Shown here: piece after piece, positions 61,740-64,000 of the stretch
Layout of the letters: each line of letters starts with the position of its first letter
Position numbering within the stretch: the first letter of the stretch is position 1
From: Mobula hypostoma
Lineage: Eukaryota
Reading direction: 5' to 3'
Assembly (NCBI RefSeq): GCF_963921235.1
Contig: NC_086097.1
Location: 88,290,001 to 88,354,000 of the forward strand
Length of the DNA stretch: 64,000 bases
Translations under genes and position numbers: made by a program
Notes under the pieces: model-generated
The model's input: the letters and a program-made list of their open reading frames with translations, nothing else
What the model was told of the DNA's origin: nothing
Database searches by the model: none

Positions 61740-64000
61740 TTAATTGTGGAAAGGAAGTATATATGTGAGGCAGGTTTTCTGTGCTCAGTGTCAGATGTGA
61801 GAGGTCCTGGAGTCTCCCAGCCACCCGGACGGCCATATCTGCATCCGGTGTGTCAAGCTGCAGCTCCTTAGGGACCGAGTTAGGGAACTGGAGATGCAGC
61901 TCGATGATCTTCGTCTGGTCAGGGAGAGCGAGGAGATGATAGAAAGGAGTTATAGACAGGTGGTCATTCTGGGGCCATGGGAGACAGACAAGTGGGTAAC
62001 AGTCAGGAGAGGAAGGGCAAGAGTCAGGTACTAGAGAGTACCCCTGTGGCTGTACCCCTTGACAATAAGTATGCCTGCTTGAGTACTGTTGAGGGGGACA
62101 GCCTACCTGGGGGAAGCAACAGTGGTCGTGCCTTTGGCACAGAGTCCGGCCCTGTGGCTCAGAAGGGTAGGGAAAGGAAGAGGAAGGCAGTAGTGATAGG
62201 ATGCTCTATAGTTAGGGGGTCAGACAGGTGATTCTGTGGATGCAGGAAAGAAACTCGGACGGTACTTTGCCTCCCAAGTGCCAGGGTCCGGTATGTTTCA
62301 GATCGTGTCCAAGGTATCCTGCAGTGGGAGGGAGAACAGCCAGAGGTCGTGGTACATATTGGTACCAATGACATAGGTCGGAAAAGGAAAGCGGTCCTGA
62401 AAACAGACTACAGGGAGTTAGGAAGGAAGTTGAGAAGCAGAACTGCAAAGGTAGTAATCTCGGGATTACTGCCTGTGCCATGCGACAATGAGTATAGGAA
62501 TAGAATGAGGTGGAGGATAAATGCGTGGCTGAGGGATTGGAGCAGGGGGCAGGGATTCAGATTTCTGGATCATTGGGACCCCTTTTGGGGCAGGTGTGAC
62601 CTGTACAAGAAGGATGGGTTGCATTTGAATCCCAGGGGGACCAATATCCTGGCAGGGAGATTTGCTAAGGCTACTGGGGAGAGTTTAAACTAGAATTGTT
62701 GGGGGGTGGGAACCGAACTGAAGAGACTGGGGGAAGAGGCGGTTCGCTCACAAATAGAGAAAGCTTGGAGACAGTGTATGAGGGAGGATAGGCAGGTGAT
62801 AGAGAAGGGACGCGCTCAGACAGACAGTTTGATATGTGTCTATTTTAATGCAAGGAGTATTGTGAACAAAGCAGATGAGCTTAGAGCGTAAATCAGTACT
62901 TGGAGCTATGATATGGTGGCCATTACAGAGACTTGGATGGGTCAGGGACAGGAATGGTTACTTCAAGTGCCAGGTTTTAGATGTTTCAGGAAGACAGGGA
63001 GGGAGGCAAAAGAGGTGGGGGCATAGCAATGTTGATTAGAGATAGTGTCACGGCTGCAGAAAAGGTGGACGTCATGGAGGAATTGTCTAAGGAGTGTCTG
63101 TGGGTGGAGGTTAGGAACAGGAAGGGGGTCAATAAATTTACTGGGTGTTTTTTAAAGGCTGCCCAATAGTAACAGGGATATCGAGGAGCAGATAGAGAAA
63201 CAGATCCTGGAAAGAAGTAATAATAACAGAGTTGTCGAGATGGGAGATTTTAATTTCCCAAATATCAATTGGCATCTTCCTTGATCAAGGGGTTTAGATG
63301 GGGTGGAGTTTGTTAGCTGTGTTCAGGAAGGTTTCTTGACACAATATGTAGATAAGCCTACAAGAGGAGAGACTGTACTTGATTTGGTATTGGGAAATGT
63401 ACCTGGTCAGGTGTCAGATCTCTCAGTGGGAGAGCGTTTTTGAGATAGTGATCATAATTCTATCTCCTTTACAATAGCATTGGAGAGAGATAGGAACAGA
63501 CAAGATAGAAAAGTGTTTAATTGGAGTAAGGGGAATTATGAGGCAAACAGGCAGGAACTTGGGAGCTTAAATTGGGAACAGATGTTCTCAGGGAAAAGTA
63601 CGGAAGAAATGTGGCAAATGTTCAGGGGATATTTGTGTGGAGCTCTGCATAGGTACGTTCCAATGAGACAGGGAAGTTATGGTGAGGTACAGGAACCATG
63701 GTGTACAAAGGCTGTAATAAATCTAGTCAATAAGAAAAGAAAAGCTTACAAAAGGTTCAGAGAGCTAGGTAATGTAGATTATAAGGCTAACAGGAAGGGG
63801 CTTAAGAAGGAAATTAGGAAGGCCAGAAGGGGCCATGAGAAGGCCTTGGCGGGCAGGATTAAGGAAAACCCCAAGGCATTCGACAAGTATGTGAAGAGCA
63901 AGAGGATAAGACGTGAAAGCATACGACCTATCAAGTGTTACAGTGGGAAAGTATGTATGGAACCGGAGGAAATAGCAGAGGTACTTAATGAATACTTTAC
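61740..64000 (+). mobile_element. CR1 LINE: ORF1 (zinc finger, SGNH esterase) and ORF2 endonuclease, runs off window
   Basis: CAQCQM..HICIRCVKLQLL, VVIGCSIVRG, VVVHIGTND, DGLHLN; EN CVYFNARSI, VAITETW, MGDFNFP, LDLVL, SDHN; several stops and frameshifts. Confidence 0.92.

Noticed and set aside
1..64000. CRISPR arrays, operons, rRNA or tRNA genes, host protein-coding gene
   Set aside because: No spaced direct-repeat array or prokaryotic gene layout; tRNA-like pieces are SINE heads or PBS motifs; every recognisable ORF is transposon-derived. Small host exons cannot be excluded without RNA data

Overview
Vertebrate non-coding DNA, inferred to be cartilaginous fish (probably a ray or skate) from its repeat mix. 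I found no convincing host gene, rRNA, tRNA gene or CRISPR array. Well over half the window is nested transposable elements. Non-LTR elements: many CR1 LINEs (ORF1 zinc finger plus SGNH esterase; ORF2 EN/RT, including one uninterrupted 587-codon RT ORF), Rex1/Babar and L1 fragments, two HERO-type elements, a Penelope 3' end and two short non-autonomous RTE-type retroposons with clean TSDs. LTR elements: three Gypsy lineages (an ancient K02A2.6-like element, a PNMA-gag-type element lacking RT/IN, a CsRn1-clade element) and solo LTRs. DNA transposons: Tc1, pogo/Tigger, hAT and Chapaev derivatives. The most interesting signals are RNA-structural. (1) A sequence fitting the HDV-like ribozyme double pseudoknot, with an unusually long L3, starts at the 5' end of a TSD-flanked non-autonomous retroposon (38757-38947, minus). 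(2) An intact minimal hammerhead lies in the Penelope pseudo-LTR (13902-13937, minus), with fold-back hairpin derivatives elsewhere. Composite MITEs are also present. Family assignments come from recognising motifs by eye, not from database searches. Boundaries of old elements are approximate.
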